Part shown: positions 1 through 12,467 of the stretch, one piece after another
Position numbering within the stretch: the stretch's first letter is position 1
How the letters are laid out: each line of letters starts with the position of its first letter
Assembly (NCBI RefSeq): GCF_006345805.1
Contig: NC_043004.1
Coordinates: 90,582,001-90,646,000 of the forward strand
DNA: 64,000 nucleotides
From: Octopus sinensis
Lineage: Eukaryota
Direction of reading: 5' to 3'
The notes under the pieces: generated by a model
What the model was told of the DNA's origin: nothing
Databases searched by the model: none
The model's input: the letters and a program-made list of their open reading frames with translations, nothing else
Position numbers and translations under genes: made by a program

Positions 1-129
1 AGCTAATCACTAACATTTATTTCATCATCATACTCTCCTTGTCCTCCTTGCCACATTATTGTCACCAATTCCTTGTGTGAGAAGAACCCAGATATTCTTC
101 TCTGTCCCCACACCCACCCTCACCACCTT

Positions 130-131
130 CT

Positions 132-207
<76 letters not shown>

Positions 208-232
208 CACCACTACTACTACTACTACTACT
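130..232 (+). repeat. (CTA)n microsatellite with (CCA) interruptions
   Basis: Directly visible trinucleotide run; it produces the poly-T/Y/V/S pseudo-ORFs at 28-382. Confidence 0.95.
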
Positions 233-587
233 CACAACCAAACATATTCCTGTGTTCTGAGATAGATTGTAAGGTGCTGAACATCCTTCTAAGAGTTTGA
301 AGGTTCTCGCTAATCCTGGTACTTTCATTGTCCCCCATCCACGCTGTGGTACTGTGGTTGATCTCGACATTTTAATTCCCAAATGGTTTAGCTGAATGCT
401 GACCAGATGAAAAGACTGGAGATCAGTGGTTGATGCTTTGACACAAGCACTGTGGTATTGTCTGAAAGTGTATTAACTATATATTATATTTTTATATTAA
501 CTGTATATGTAAATATATATGCATTTAATTATATATTAACTATATATTTAGGTATATAGCATGGGCAAATGACTGAAACAAGTAAAG

Positions 588-965
588 TATACATACATGC
601 ATACATACATACATACATTATCACTGCCCCCTCGTTATCGAGTATAGCCATTGCATGAAGCTTAACTGTTACTGGTGCTGTGATCAAATGTGACTTTTTA
701 GCCCAGCCAAAGATCTACAATGTCTTGTACAAAATTGGCAACTAAAACCTTTAACGGTAATAGCCGGCTGTAGTTGTAACTGGGCCTCATGTACCTTTGC
801 ATGTCGTTTAAGTCCTCCTGCCGAATTACACTCTCTTCCACATGCCCGACAGATATGATTAGTATGGTGTTACACCACCACCAGTGGCCAGGTTGTCACT
901 CATCTGTCTCGTTTTATGACTTTGAAGATAACTCATGAGTCCAGCTGTACTGAGGCAGGGTCTTG
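588..965 (-). mobile_element. 3' end of an RTE (BovB-like) LINE with three C2H2-type zinc fingers and an (ATGT)n tail
   Basis: Manual minus-strand translation: VCARPCLSTAGLMSYLQSH / HICRACGRECNSAGGLKRHAKVH / FSCQFCTRHCRSLAGLKSHI*, with one frameshift and one stop. A short 3' UTR and simple-repeat tail follow. Confidence 0.65.
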
Positions 966-987
966 CACAGACATTGCATACATATTG

Positions 988-1165
988 GAGCGCCACCTTT
1001 AGTTGAACACATCAACCACAGGACTTATTCTTTGTAAACCTAGTACTTATTCTATCAGTATCTTTTGCTGAACAGCTATAAGTTACGGGGATCTAAACAC
1101 AACAACATCGGTTGTCAAGCGATCGTGGGGGGATAAACATAGACACACAAATACATGCATACACT

Positions 1166-1225
<60 letters not shown>

Positions 1226-1282
1226 GCTTTCAGTTTCTGTCTACCAAATCCTCTTTTGAGGATTTGGTCAGTCCGAGGCTAA
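988..1282 (-). mobile_element. SINE family A, partial copy
   Basis: Reverse-complement match to the full copies at 27827-28290 and 61199-61600, including the internal (TA)n tract. Confidence 0.8.
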
Positions 1283-1628
1283 TTGTACATATATATATAT
1301 TATATATAATATATAGGTGTATATATGTATATGTGTATATATATGTAAATTCTCACTTTATATATATACATGTATAGTGGTACAAATCAAATTTTTATAT
1401 ATAAAAGATGGAGGTGGAAATAGCAGAGAAGTAAGTTTAAGACATTCCAATTTAAGAGGGAATTTAATAAAAATGATATAAGAAATTATGTAAAGAAAAT
1501 ACTAGCAGTTTCAATGAATCTCATCTTAACAAATATCTGTAAAAATTTATAAAAATTCAAAGTAAATACAGTTCATTTTCTGTCTTAATTTCATGAGCAT
1601 ATCTTGAAATTTCAAGGACATATATATA

Positions 1629-1918
1629 TCATCATCATCATCATCGTTTAACGTCCGTTCTCCATGCTAGCATGGGTTGGACGGTTTGACCGGGGATCTG
1701 GGAAGCCAGGAGGCTGCACCAGGCTCCAGTCTGATCTGGCAGTGTTTCTACAGCTGGATGCCCTTCCTAACGCCAACCACTCCGTGAGTGTAGTGGGTGC
1801 TTTTTACGTGCCTCCTGCACAGGTGCCAGGCGAGGCTGGCAACGGCCACGGTCGGATTGGTGTATTTTACGTGCCACCGGCACGGAGGCCAGTCGAGGCG
1901 GCGCTGGCATCGGCCACG
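1629..1918 (-). mobile_element. Retroposon 3' tail family B (RTE-LINE 3' UTR or derived SINE) ending in (GAT)n
   Basis: Near-identical to copies at 5826, 17516, 20995, 23889, 37970 and 62290; ends TAAACGATGATGATG on the minus strand. Confidence 0.85.
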
Positions 1919-2313
1919 TATATATATATATATATATACACATAATTATAATTAGGGTTCAACTAACTGCTTCACCACATACCGAAATTAGAAATAGGAG
2001 TTAAAAATTCCTTTTCTGCTACTATAAGAATCTCTATGACAGTAAAGATACTTTTTTTATGAAGGCAAAGAGAAAAACAATGAATCAACATGACCAGGAT
2101 TAATTATATGTGCGTTTCGAGATTAAAGTGATTTAAATTTTACTTACTTCTCTCTTCAGTATAATATTTCCAGTTTTTTAATAAAATTTGAAAGTGCTAG
2201 GGCTGAATATGCACACAATCGAGTGTCATCACGCAACAGATATCCAACCAACACTTCCAAAATTTACAGACCCGAATGTGAATACACTATTCAAACTCTT
2301 TACCCACATGTAT

Positions 2314-2356
<43 letters not shown>

Positions 2357-2414
2357 CCATATATACACATATATATATACTATATATATATATATATGTA
2401 TATATATAGTATAT

Positions 2415-2449
<35 letters not shown>

Positions 2450-2482
2450 GTATATATATATATATTATATATATATATGTTA

Positions 2483-4210
2483 CATGATACCACTGTCCCC
2501 TGTCCCAGGGTCTCAAGGGCCCATACCTCTCACACCCTCAGTGTTGGCACTCTCAATGTCGGCACACTGAAAGGTAGGTCTGGTGAGATGCTTGAGATGC
2601 TTGAACAGAGATGTGTCGAAATGTGCTGCATCCAAGAAGTTAGGTGGAGAGGAGGTTCCGCTAGGTTCCTCACAAGCAAAGAACACAGGTACAAGATTTC
2701 CTGGGAAGGGAACACTAACAGGCTCCGGGGCGTGGGTATACTTCTTGCGGAGAAATGGATAGATAAGGTAATTGAGGTAGTCAGAGTATGCGACAATACT
2801 TAAGATTAGATTAGTGCTTCATCATGGGTTAGCAACCATTATCTCAGCCCAAGCCCCTCAGCCAGGATTACCCGATGGACAAAAAGACTGATTATATGAC
2901 ACCCTCTTGCAGCATACCGTGTTGATGAATGACAGGGACCTTCTCTTTGTGGCTGGTGACTTCAATAGACATGTTGGACAACATGCCAGGGGCTTCCATG
3001 GCGTACATGGAGGCTACAGTTTTGGCTCTCGCAATGAGGAGGGAACCAGGCTGCTGGAGTTCTACAACGCAAATGATCTTATAGTTTGCAATTCTAACTT
3101 CAGAAAACCTGCCAGTCACCTAGTCACCTACGGCTCTGGCAGACACACTAGTCAAATTGACAACATCCTCACCAGAAAAAGGGAAAGATGTCTGCTTATA
3201 AATGCCCAAACCTTCTCGGGTGAAGAATGTACCCCACAACATAGACTGGTAGTTCGTGACTTCAGGATCAGGGCTAAATAGATGCTCAGAAGACGACCAG
3301 CATGGAGAAGAAAAGTCTGGAGACTTAAAGATCCTGCAAATGGACAGAGATTTAGAGACATATTACTTAAAGCCTTTGACGAAATAGAAGGGGATATACC
3401 TTCACATGATGTAGAAGACAACTGGAGGTATCAACAGGACAACCTGCTGAGGGCCACTGACCAGATCTGTGGATGGTGCAAAGTCCCCTCTCGACCCAAA
3501 ATAACGTGGTGGTGGAACAATGTTGTTGACAGGGCTATTAGAGAAAAGAAACAGGCTTGGAAGGACTGGAAGAACAGTGGTAGCAGAAGAACGGTAGTGT
3601 ATCAGACTGCCAGAAGGGAAGCTAGGAGGTAGGTTTATTTAGCCAGAGGGGAAGCAAATAAGAAAAAATTTGCCAATCTTCTGTGCTGTGAGGACCAAAG
3701 ACTTGAGGTATTTCATGTTGCAAGACAGTGTGGGAGAGAGAATCGTGATGTTGTAGGAGAGAAATGTGTTCACATGGATGATGGTTTACTTGCACTAAAT
3801 GAGGCTGCAAAGAGAGAGGTTTGGAGACGCCATTATGAAAGGTTGCTAAATAAAAAAAATGAATGGGAGAAAGAGAGTTTGCTGAATGTCAACCCAACAG
3901 AGGGACTAGCTATCCGAGTTGACAGTACCTTGGTAGATAAAGCAATTAAGAGTATGAAGACAGGGAAAGCCCTTGGCCCATCAGGAATTACTGCAGAGAT
4001 GCTCAAAATATCTGGCAGTGTCGGCTATAGCTTAGTCACCAGTATAGTTAACCAGGTGATACACGGAGTCATACCCAATGACTGGTGTAGCAGCACTATA
4101 GTCAACTGCTACAAAGGAAAAGGTGACGCTTTAGATACAAATAATTACAGAGGTATCAAGTTGTTAGATCAGGTAATGAAGGTCACGGAGAGGGTCATAG
4201 CCCAACTAAT
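2483..4210 (+). mobile_element. RTE-clade LINE fragment: APE endonuclease plus start of reverse transcriptase, disrupted
   Basis: ORF-track peptides TLNVGTLKGRS..CCIQEVRWRG, VAGDFNRHVG, SQIDNIL..QHRLVV, MKTGKALGPSGITAEMLK, NYRGIKLLDQVMKVTERV; several stops and frameshifts. Confidence 0.92.
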
Positions 4211-4334
4211 ATATACTATATATATATATGTATATATATATATAGTTAATCTAAAGAGGAAAACACAACAACGCGAGGATGTGGAACAAGTATAGTGTTA
4301 TTGGACGCTCAGGAAATGAAAGAAAGAAGGAGGG

Positions 4335-4369
4335 ATTTAACGTTTCGAGTGGAGCTCTTCGTCAGAAAC
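4335..4369 (-). ncRNA. Minimal type I hammerhead ribozyme motif with intact core
   Basis: Minus strand reads GUUU-CUGACGA-A-GAG(CUCCA)CUC-GAAA-CGUU/AAAU: conserved CUGANGA and GAAA boxes, 3-bp stem II, 4-bp stem I (one G.U), palindromic stem III, GUU triplet. Confidence 0.7.
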
Positions 4370-4774
4370 ATAGGAAAAGGAAAGATCCAAGGAAGGGAAG
4401 ATGGAGGAAAAAAAATCGCCAACGATACATACGCGGTCACATTTTGAATATATATATAAATGATATAGTAAGAAACTGCGAAAAAGAAATCCTTCAAAGA
4501 GGTGTGTAAAACATCCAATGCACTGGTACTTCAGTTGGATACCATATAAATATTTGTATACTTCAATAATAAAGATAAATTAAATATAGAGATATTCTGC
4601 TGACAATTCAATAATATATTTATATTACAATATTACATTAAATACTATGAATAAAATATATAACACAATATAATATTGTATAAATAATTATAAAAACCGT
4701 AAAAGGCCAAGAAATTGATTCGTCTTATATTTATTTTTTCTGTTATACATAATAGCAGTTCCATTATATATATT

Positions 4775-4890
4775 TCTTTACTGCCCACAAGGGGCTAAAC
4801 ATAGAGGGGACAAACAAGGACAGACGAAGGGATTGAGTCGATTATATCGCCACCAGTGCGAAACTGGTACTTTATTTATCGACCCCGAAA
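4775..4890 (-). mobile_element. SINE family C (Deu/Nin-domain-like), partial copy
   Basis: Reverse complement of the internal part of the copy at 9377-9780 (TTTCGGGGTCGATAAAT..GTACCAG). Confidence 0.75.
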
Positions 4891-5069
4891 CACTTCAGGG
4901 TCATGGTTCAGAAAGACAAAATCCTGTTTGAAAGGACGGCTGGATTTTATAAATATTTGTCATATATTATATTCATTGTATTTAATGTAATAAATTCTAA
5001 TATAAATGAATTATTGGATTGTCAATAGATTATCTCTACAATTAATTTATCTTTAAATATATATATATA

Positions 5070-5144
<75 letters not shown>

Positions 5145-5189
5145 ATATCTACACACATACACAAACATATATATATATATATATATATA

Positions 5190-5996
5190 AAATTTACAAA
5201 AGAAGTGCTCTCTTCAGAGGTTATGCGCAAGGCAGCAACTGAGCAAGAGTCTTTTTGTGCATGGTGCAAAAGACTGTGCAACACCTGACCTGGCTATGCC
5301 AAATGCAAACAAGAAACCTTGCCCACCATTGTGCAAGACCACCACAGTCAACAGACACGGGATGGCCTCCCTTAATGCCTGCACAGTCGCCATGCCAATA
5401 CTTTTACTAAATATTGGGGGGGGGGGGGGGCTGTTGCATCATAGTAAAAGCAAATTTTTTTTCCTGAGAAATCTTATTGCATGCAATCAATCCCTATGCA
5501 TAGCACCCGTGGAAACTCACCTCAGCCCTGATATAGAAGACGCAGAAGTACACGTACCAAACTGCGAACAGACAGAAGGGAAAGGAGCCATGATGGAGTT
5601 GCCGTTTACATCCGTGATGACCTCATACCCCAGGTCTTACTGTCATACTCTAATACAGTGACACTCTAATTGTATACATAAGACAACACAATATAGTCAT
5701 ATGCAATACATATTGCCCACCGGATGTTCCAAACCACATAGGCAAGTATGAAGATTTGCCGCACAAGAATTAAAGAAATTCTCATGGAACTGGAACACCA
5801 CGTGAGCGTATTTCTTATGGGTGGCTTCAACTACACTCACGGAGTGGTTGGCGTTAGGAAGGGCATCCAGCTGTAGAAACACTGCCAGATCAGACTGGAG
5901 CTTGGTGCAGCCTCCTGGCTTCCCAGACCCCGGTCGAACCGTCCAACCCATGCTAGCATGGAAAGCGGACGCTAAACGATGATGATGATGATGATG

Positions 5997-6028
<32 letters not shown>

Positions 6029-6150
6029 TAAAATAATATGTTACATTACTCAATAAACCTTTTCAGATGGCCAGATAATCGAAGAGATGGTGTGGTGGAT
6101 TTTCACTTCAGCATCTGAAACTCAGAGTTTTATCTTGACTATTGAGTAAT
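5190..6150 (+). mobile_element. Degenerate CR1/L2-group LINE 5' part (ORF1 remnant plus APE endonuclease), interrupted by a family-B tail and microsatellite
   Basis: VETHLSPDIEDAEVHVPN..DRRERSHDGVAVYIRDDL..TLIVYIRQHNIVICNTYCPP..FLMGGFN, resuming PDGQII after about 6060. Clade assignment is tentative. Confidence 0.65.
5826..5998 (+). mobile_element. Retroposon 3' tail family B
   Basis: ACTCACGGAGTGGTTGGCGTTAGGAAGGGCATCCAG...TAAACGATGATGATG. Confidence 0.9.
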
Positions 6151-6231
6151 GTAACATTATTTTATAGATAAATTTCCTCTATTTACATAATATTGAGGTC
6201 TCTTTCTTTCTTTTGTTATCTTACCGTTTTT

Positions 6232-6232
6232 A

Positions 6233-6273
<41 letters not shown>

Positions 6274-6522
6274 ATTCTTGTTGCTTTCTTCTTGGTTTTA
6301 TATATATATATATTATGTATATATATATATATATATATACTATATATATTTTATATTTACATGTATATAAATATATATATATCATATATATATACACGTA
6401 TGTACTGTGCATATTATATATATACATACATATATATATATATATATAATATATATATATATAATGTATATATGTATATATATTATATACATATATATAT
6501 ATATATATTATATATATATATA

Positions 6523-6603
<81 letters not shown>

Positions 6604-6620
6604 GATATATATATATATAT

Positions 6621-6653
<33 letters not shown>

Positions 6654-6675
6654 ATATGTATATATATATATATAT

Positions 6676-6723
<48 letters not shown>
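6232..6723. repeat. Long imperfect (TA)n microsatellite
   Basis: Directly visible; source of the YIYI pseudo-ORFs. Confidence 0.95.
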
Positions 6724-6728
<5 letters not shown>

Positions 6729-8579
6729 AGATGTGTAGAGGGCCATAATAATCACGCAAACGAATAAATGCGAGCAACAATAAAGCAACAACTAGAAATA
6801 TTATTTATCTGAAAATAAATTATCATGAATTTGATTTTGAAAAGCTTCTTTATTAATTGTTCCTGTGTGTTTATAGTCTTTTTCACTTGTTTAGCCTCAA
6901 TTTTTTTTTTTTTTACTCTAATCTCATTAGGGTTAATTATAACGTGAGGGATCGTAAGAAAATCGGCGAAGCGATTCGTTTTCCTTGGGTCCGACAGCAG
7001 TTTTTCAGTTTCGTGTCTGAAAAACTTAACGTCTGCTAAGCAAATAGAACGTTATAAAAACTAATCGTTTTCCGATTCACGGACAAGTTGACCTGTACCT
7101 TCCAGTCTCTGCAACACTCCTCCTATCTAAGATACTAAATATATTGCATTTAGATTTTCTTCTATGAGAGGAACAGAACTTTGTTCCCACTGTTTTCAGT
7201 GGTGAATTATAATCCTATTGCAATTTTCGATAAGTTACAGGCTTAATTAAAATGCCTTAGATACAAGCAGCATCACTGCGACGATGCCAGGTTGCGAACC
7301 TTTGATTTGACCTGTCAGCTGGTTGTCACATATCGTAGTCTTATCCGGCTGTCTGCTTCTCTCTTCTTTCTTGAAAAAAAAAATAAAAAGAAGAAGAAAA
7401 AATTTTTAATTTTCAGATTTTGTGCTTTTGTTAAAGTTCACTGTCAAAAACTCAGTCTACGAAATACTATAACGTCAATTTCGTTGTGAAAAATATCTCT
7501 TTATCCTTCAGATATTTTACATTTGCTAAGGTTTAGCGTAAAAAAGAGAAAGAAAGAAAAAAAAAATAAAATCATCAGAATGCAAATTTAGTTACGAAAA
7601 GATCTGATTTGCATTACATAACTTTCTTCTCTTTCTTGGAAGGTTTAGTATCAAAAGCTTCTTGTCTATTAAACATTACACTGCTAATTTGATCATGAAT
7701 ATATTATTCTCCATCGTTCAGATAACATGAATTTATTAAATAAATCTCTTCACCTTTGTTGCTCTTTTTATTCTTGATCGAGCAGACCTATAATCAAAGA
7801 CATTCCAGTCGTGATCATCCCGTTTTTTCCCAGTGTGCATGAAGCCCAGCATTGCCATAACTAACGTGTTCCTTCTTAAAACTATAAGCATGGGTGTTGA
7901 GAGAGATTTGACTGCTATTTCTAGCGGTTTGAACGATTACAAAGAGGTGTCCGTTGATGGCTTGTTTCATCACACTTGTTTATATTTAGTGTCAAAATCT
8001 TGATGTCTACCAAACACTACACAGTTAATTTCGTCATAAAAATATTATCCTTGATCATTTAGAGTGATTACACACACACACACACACACATGCGTGCATG
8101 TGCGTGTGGTGTGTGTGTGTGTGTGTGTTCGTGCGTGCATGCATATTACGCAGCTCGCAGTTCCCTTGTTTACGTTTGGCATCGGAACGTTAAGGTTTAT
8201 CATTGCATGTTGATGTTGACATTTGTAAACATTTCGATTCTATATTACGTATTGTCGTATTTCAACACATCTATTATATTATAAATTTCAAAATAAAAAC
8301 AATTTCTTTGTTACCGATTTGGTAAATTTCCTTAAATTTTGAAGTTTTTTTTTTTTTTTTTTTAACATAAAAATGCAACTATTTTAATTTTTCGTGCGAA
8401 TACATAAAATATGATTATCCCAGTCTGAACTTTTCTTTTTCTTTTTTTTTTTTTGTCAACGAACATAAAATATGACATCATTTTTTTTTTTTCATCGGCA
8501 TGAGGAAAGAGTTGTGATGGTAGAGGAAATAATTACAAATGAATAATGTTAACTTCGTTTCTAATTCATGTTGGAAATG

Positions 8580-10660
8580 GCACAAGATCGTTGACAGATG
8601 GAAATATAATATTGATATCGAATAAATGGTACAATACCACGAACCGAACATTATTTAGTGGGGTTGGGGAGATATATATATGATTAAATCTACCCTAAAC
8701 ATTTAACTGGTACTTTGTGTAATCATCATTGAAAGATTAAAGGCAAAGTCGATACGAGTGGGATTTGAACTCGGAATGTAAAACGACGTAACTATTTATA
8801 TAGCGTCATTTTTCTCTCATTTTACCTCCCTATTCATCACAATCGTAATTTCCAACATGAGCACAAATGTCATAAGATTGGGGTTGATCAACTTAAAACT
8901 TAACAACTGGTGCTTATTTTACCGACCCGGGAAGAATGAATGGTAAAGTCAAATCGGGTAGGATTTGAACTCACACAAATATGCACACAGACAGACAGAC
9001 ATACACTTACACACACACAAACACACACGCATATACAAAGACACACACATAAGGTCTCTCATCCAACGCTCCACCGATTCTGTCATCCATCAACTTCAAT
9101 AATTAATAAGCGTTGTTGTGAAAGTTGTTGATTCGACCGCGGATCGAGCTGTGATTAGTTCATAACGTTTAGGCTAACACCCTTGGGAGAGGTATGTATG
9201 ACATAGCGTCACCATTCTCATCACATCCTCCTCCTTTACAAATATGAAACAACTTTTTCCCATCCTCTCTGATCCAGCATCGGTCGGAAACCGAATACCC
9301 ATTCTGCTTCCCTTCACTTTTCGTTACTAATACCACTGGGAAATGTATGAATGATTCGATACTTCGTTTTACTAATTCGGCGAGCTGGCAGAAACGTTAG
9401 CACGCCGGGCGAAATGCGTAGCCGTATTTCGTCTACTGTTACGTTCTGAGTTCAAATTCCGCCGAGGTCGACTTTGCCTTTCATCCTTTCGGGGTCGATA
9501 AATTGAATACCAGTGACACACTGGAGTCGATGTAATCGACTTAATCCGTTTGTCTGTTCTTGTTCGTCTCCTCTGTGTTTAGCTCCTTATGGGGAGTAAA
9601 GAAATAGGTATTTCGTCTGTCTTTGCATTCTGAGTTCAAATTCCGCCGAGGTCGACTTTGCCTTTTATCCTTTCGGGGACGATTAATTAAGAACCAGTTG
9701 CATACTGAGGTCGATGTAATCGACTAGCTCTTGCCCCCAAAATTTCGGGTCTTGTGCCTAGGGCAGAAAAGAATATTTCATTTTCCTTAAATTCTTAATG
9801 ATAATACTAATAATTGCTTCTGATTTAGGCATAAGACTAGCAAATTTGAGGGAAGGGATTTGTGGATACCATCGACCGCAGTACTTGACTGATACCTTAT
9901 TTTATCGACCCCGAAAGGAGAAAGAGCAAAGTTGACCTCGGTTGGATTTGGATTCAGAAAGTAACGAATCAGAAGAAATACTGCAAATAATTTTTTTTTC
10001 TGCCTTTCTATTATAAGCCCAAGGCCTGAAATTTTGGTTGATAGGGATTGTTGATCACAACGGTCCCAGTACTCAACTGGCAGTTATTTCATCGATCCCG
10101 AAAGGGTGAAAGACAAAGTCGACCTCGGTGGAATTTGAACTCAGAACGTACGAAATTCCGCTAAGCATTTTGTCCTGTGTGCTCACAGTTCTGCAATAAT
10201 AATAATAATAATAATTATTAAAATTTGATGGGAGGGGACTAGTCGATTACACTGACACCAGTGTTTCACTAATACTTAATTTATCGACTCCGACAAGATA
10301 AAATGCAAAGTCGATCTCGGCAGAATTTGAACCCAGATCATAATGACAGACGAAATGCTGGCATTTCGTCTGGCGTGCTCACAAATCTGCAATAATAATA
10401 ATGATGATGATGATGATAATGATGATGATAATAATAATAATATTATAATAATAATAATAATAATTTATGCCATTGACACAAGATCACCTATTTTTAGGAA
10501 GGAGGCAGCTGATTAAATCGACCCCAGTGCTTGCTTAAAGTACTAGTCAGGAGGAAGGGTCAAGTTGATCTGGATGGGATTTGAACTCAGGACTTAGGTA
10601 GATGTAATTAAATACTATAAAGCACTTCGTTCAATGATCTACCAAATTTGTCAAATAAAT
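8580..10660. mobile_element. Cluster of at least 6 SINE family C copies or fragments in mixed orientation; best copy 9377-9780 (+) with an internal duplication
   Basis: Repeated CTGAGTTCAAATTCCGCCGAGGTCGACTTTGCCTTTCATCCTTTCGGGGTCGATAAA core (resembles the Deu/Nin SINE domain) on both strands; head GGCGAGCTGGCAGAAACGTTAGCA at about 9379. Confidence 0.8.
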
Positions 10661-11235
10661 TATAGGTCCTTTGTGTGGCATCGGAAAACAAGAAAATACA
10701 CAAACGGTGATGTTACTGCATCCCTAGAAACAGTCCCAATTTGTCGGTTGAAATCATACGACTTCACTTAAAATGCTTTCTCCGGAGGAAGGGTATGATT
10801 GTTACAACTTCATATTTTCTCCTTGTTAAAAAAAAATAAATATAAATCAATGAACAAGGAAATGTCAGAATATTAACCGATGCGTATATTATATAATATG
10901 TACGAAAACATATACGCAACCACAGACAATACACCTGACAGTTATCTGCGTGCTTGTTTGTTTGCTTTCCGCAATTTATTACTGTGAACGAAGGAAGAGA
11001 CGCGGTGGTAGAGATTAATGAAAAAAAATGAAAATTAATTAGATTTATTTCTAATTAGAAAATAAATGTGCATCCCGCTCCAAAAAAATGTGATCAGGAT
11101 ATCAACCTCCTGTCCCCAACTCCTCTTCGAAAAATGCATGATTGCCACAGCTTCAAATATTCACTTTTCCTTAAAAAAAAGGGAATAGGGAGCTGACAAA
11201 TTGATTAGCCGATGCCAATATTATATAATACACAC

Positions 11236-11270
<35 letters not shown>

Positions 11271-11305
11271 CATACATATATATACATATATATATATATA
11301 CATAC

Positions 11306-11361
<56 letters not shown>

Positions 11362-11399
11362 CTAAACTACCTGCTTGCTCTCCCAAAATTATTACTATG

Positions 11400-12170
11400 C
11401 CAAGAAAAGATAAGGGAATAAAGATTAAAAGAAAAGAAAATTAGATTTCCTTCTAATTGGAAACGAAAGTAAACTAGAAAAGCGTTAAAAGCACAAAACA
11501 ACAATATTATCAGAAAATGAAATGAAAGAGAAGATATACAAGGAAAAGGAAGAAAGCTAAGGATGTGACCTAGATGTGTCTGCTGGATATGAGATACATT
11601 ATAAGGGTGGGAGAGAGAAAGAGGGAGACAGGACGAGAAACAAAAGAGACTGTGATATATAATATACATGTATATATATATATAGAGAGAGAGAGAATGT
11701 GTGAATGATTGCAAGAGATAAAGAAAACAGTATGTGAGTGTATCTATATGTGTGCATGTGAGAGAGAGAGAGAGAAATTGTAACAGGAAGAGATTTAGAC
11801 TGAGAGAAAGAGAGCATCTTGCCAAGTGTGCACATGGTTTTGAATATAAATATATGTATATGAACGAGAGAGGGAGGGAGGAAGAGAGAGAGAGAGAAAG
11901 AGAAGCTATAAAAAGAAAGAGCAAAAGGCAATAACAGAGCGAAAAGAGAGGGACAAAGAGAACGTTAAATAAGAAATAAAAGAAAAGAGAAAGAAATAGA
12001 GAGAGGAGTACAAAAAGAAAGAGCAAAACACCAATAATAGAAAGCGAGGAAGAGAGAGAGAAAAAGAGAAAAAGGAAAACAAGAAAAAGAAAGGAGGAGA
12101 CGGAGAGAGAGAGAAAAAACAGGAAGAAGGGAGGAGAGAAACAGAGAGACGATAAACTGAACGAGCGAGC
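11400..12170 (+). repeat. Purine-rich (GA/GAA) low-complexity tract upstream of the promoter
   Basis: About 770 bp strongly skewed to A/G on the plus strand; gives the S/L/F-rich minus pseudo-ORF at 11367-12188. Confidence 0.85.
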
Positions 12171-12179
12171 GATGACTGA

Positions 12180-12400
12180 ATTAACCAATCAAATGTTGCC
12201 GTTGCCTCAGCAAACCACTTCCGGGTAAATGGTAGCGAGACATACACACACACACACACACACATATACAATACATACGTACATACACACTGCCACTTGC
12301 TTACTGTTCGCTGTGTGTATGTATGTGTGTGCGTGTCTCTTCCACATGTGCACACACAAACACAACCACACTCACACAAATATGAAGTAAAATGGCGGAG
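12180..12400 (+). promoter_or_regulatory. Probable promoter / 5' UTR: CCAAT box (~12186), ETS/GABP motif CACTTCCGGG (~12217-12226), YY1-like AAAATGGCGG over the start codon
   Basis: Motifs are visible directly, lie in CpG-rich DNA, and immediately precede an ATG-initiated exon with a consensus donor. Confidence 0.55.
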
Positions 12401-12467
12401 CTACTATACCTAACAAACACTGGATTACTGACACTCTTCTATTTCTCGCTATTCTGCAATCAACTAG
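12392..12467 (+). CDS. Probable first coding exon (signal-peptide-like) of an unidentified secreted or membrane protein; phase-1 intron follows
   Basis: ATG in AAAATGG context; MAELLYLTNTGLLTLFYFSLFCNQL+G with a hydrophobic core; donor G|GTGAGT at 12468; CpG-rich flanks. Confidence 0.65.

Noticed and set aside
6067-6145. Apparent exon (TTTCAG|..GA|GTAATG; DGQIIEEMVWW...)
   Set aside because: Better explained as the continuation of the interrupted LINE endonuclease at 5440-5830.
7090-7360. Possible divergent (minus-strand) first exon with donor AAG|GTACAG in CpG-rich DNA
   Set aside because: No ATG-initiated frame or clear promoter motif; cannot be supported without transcript data.
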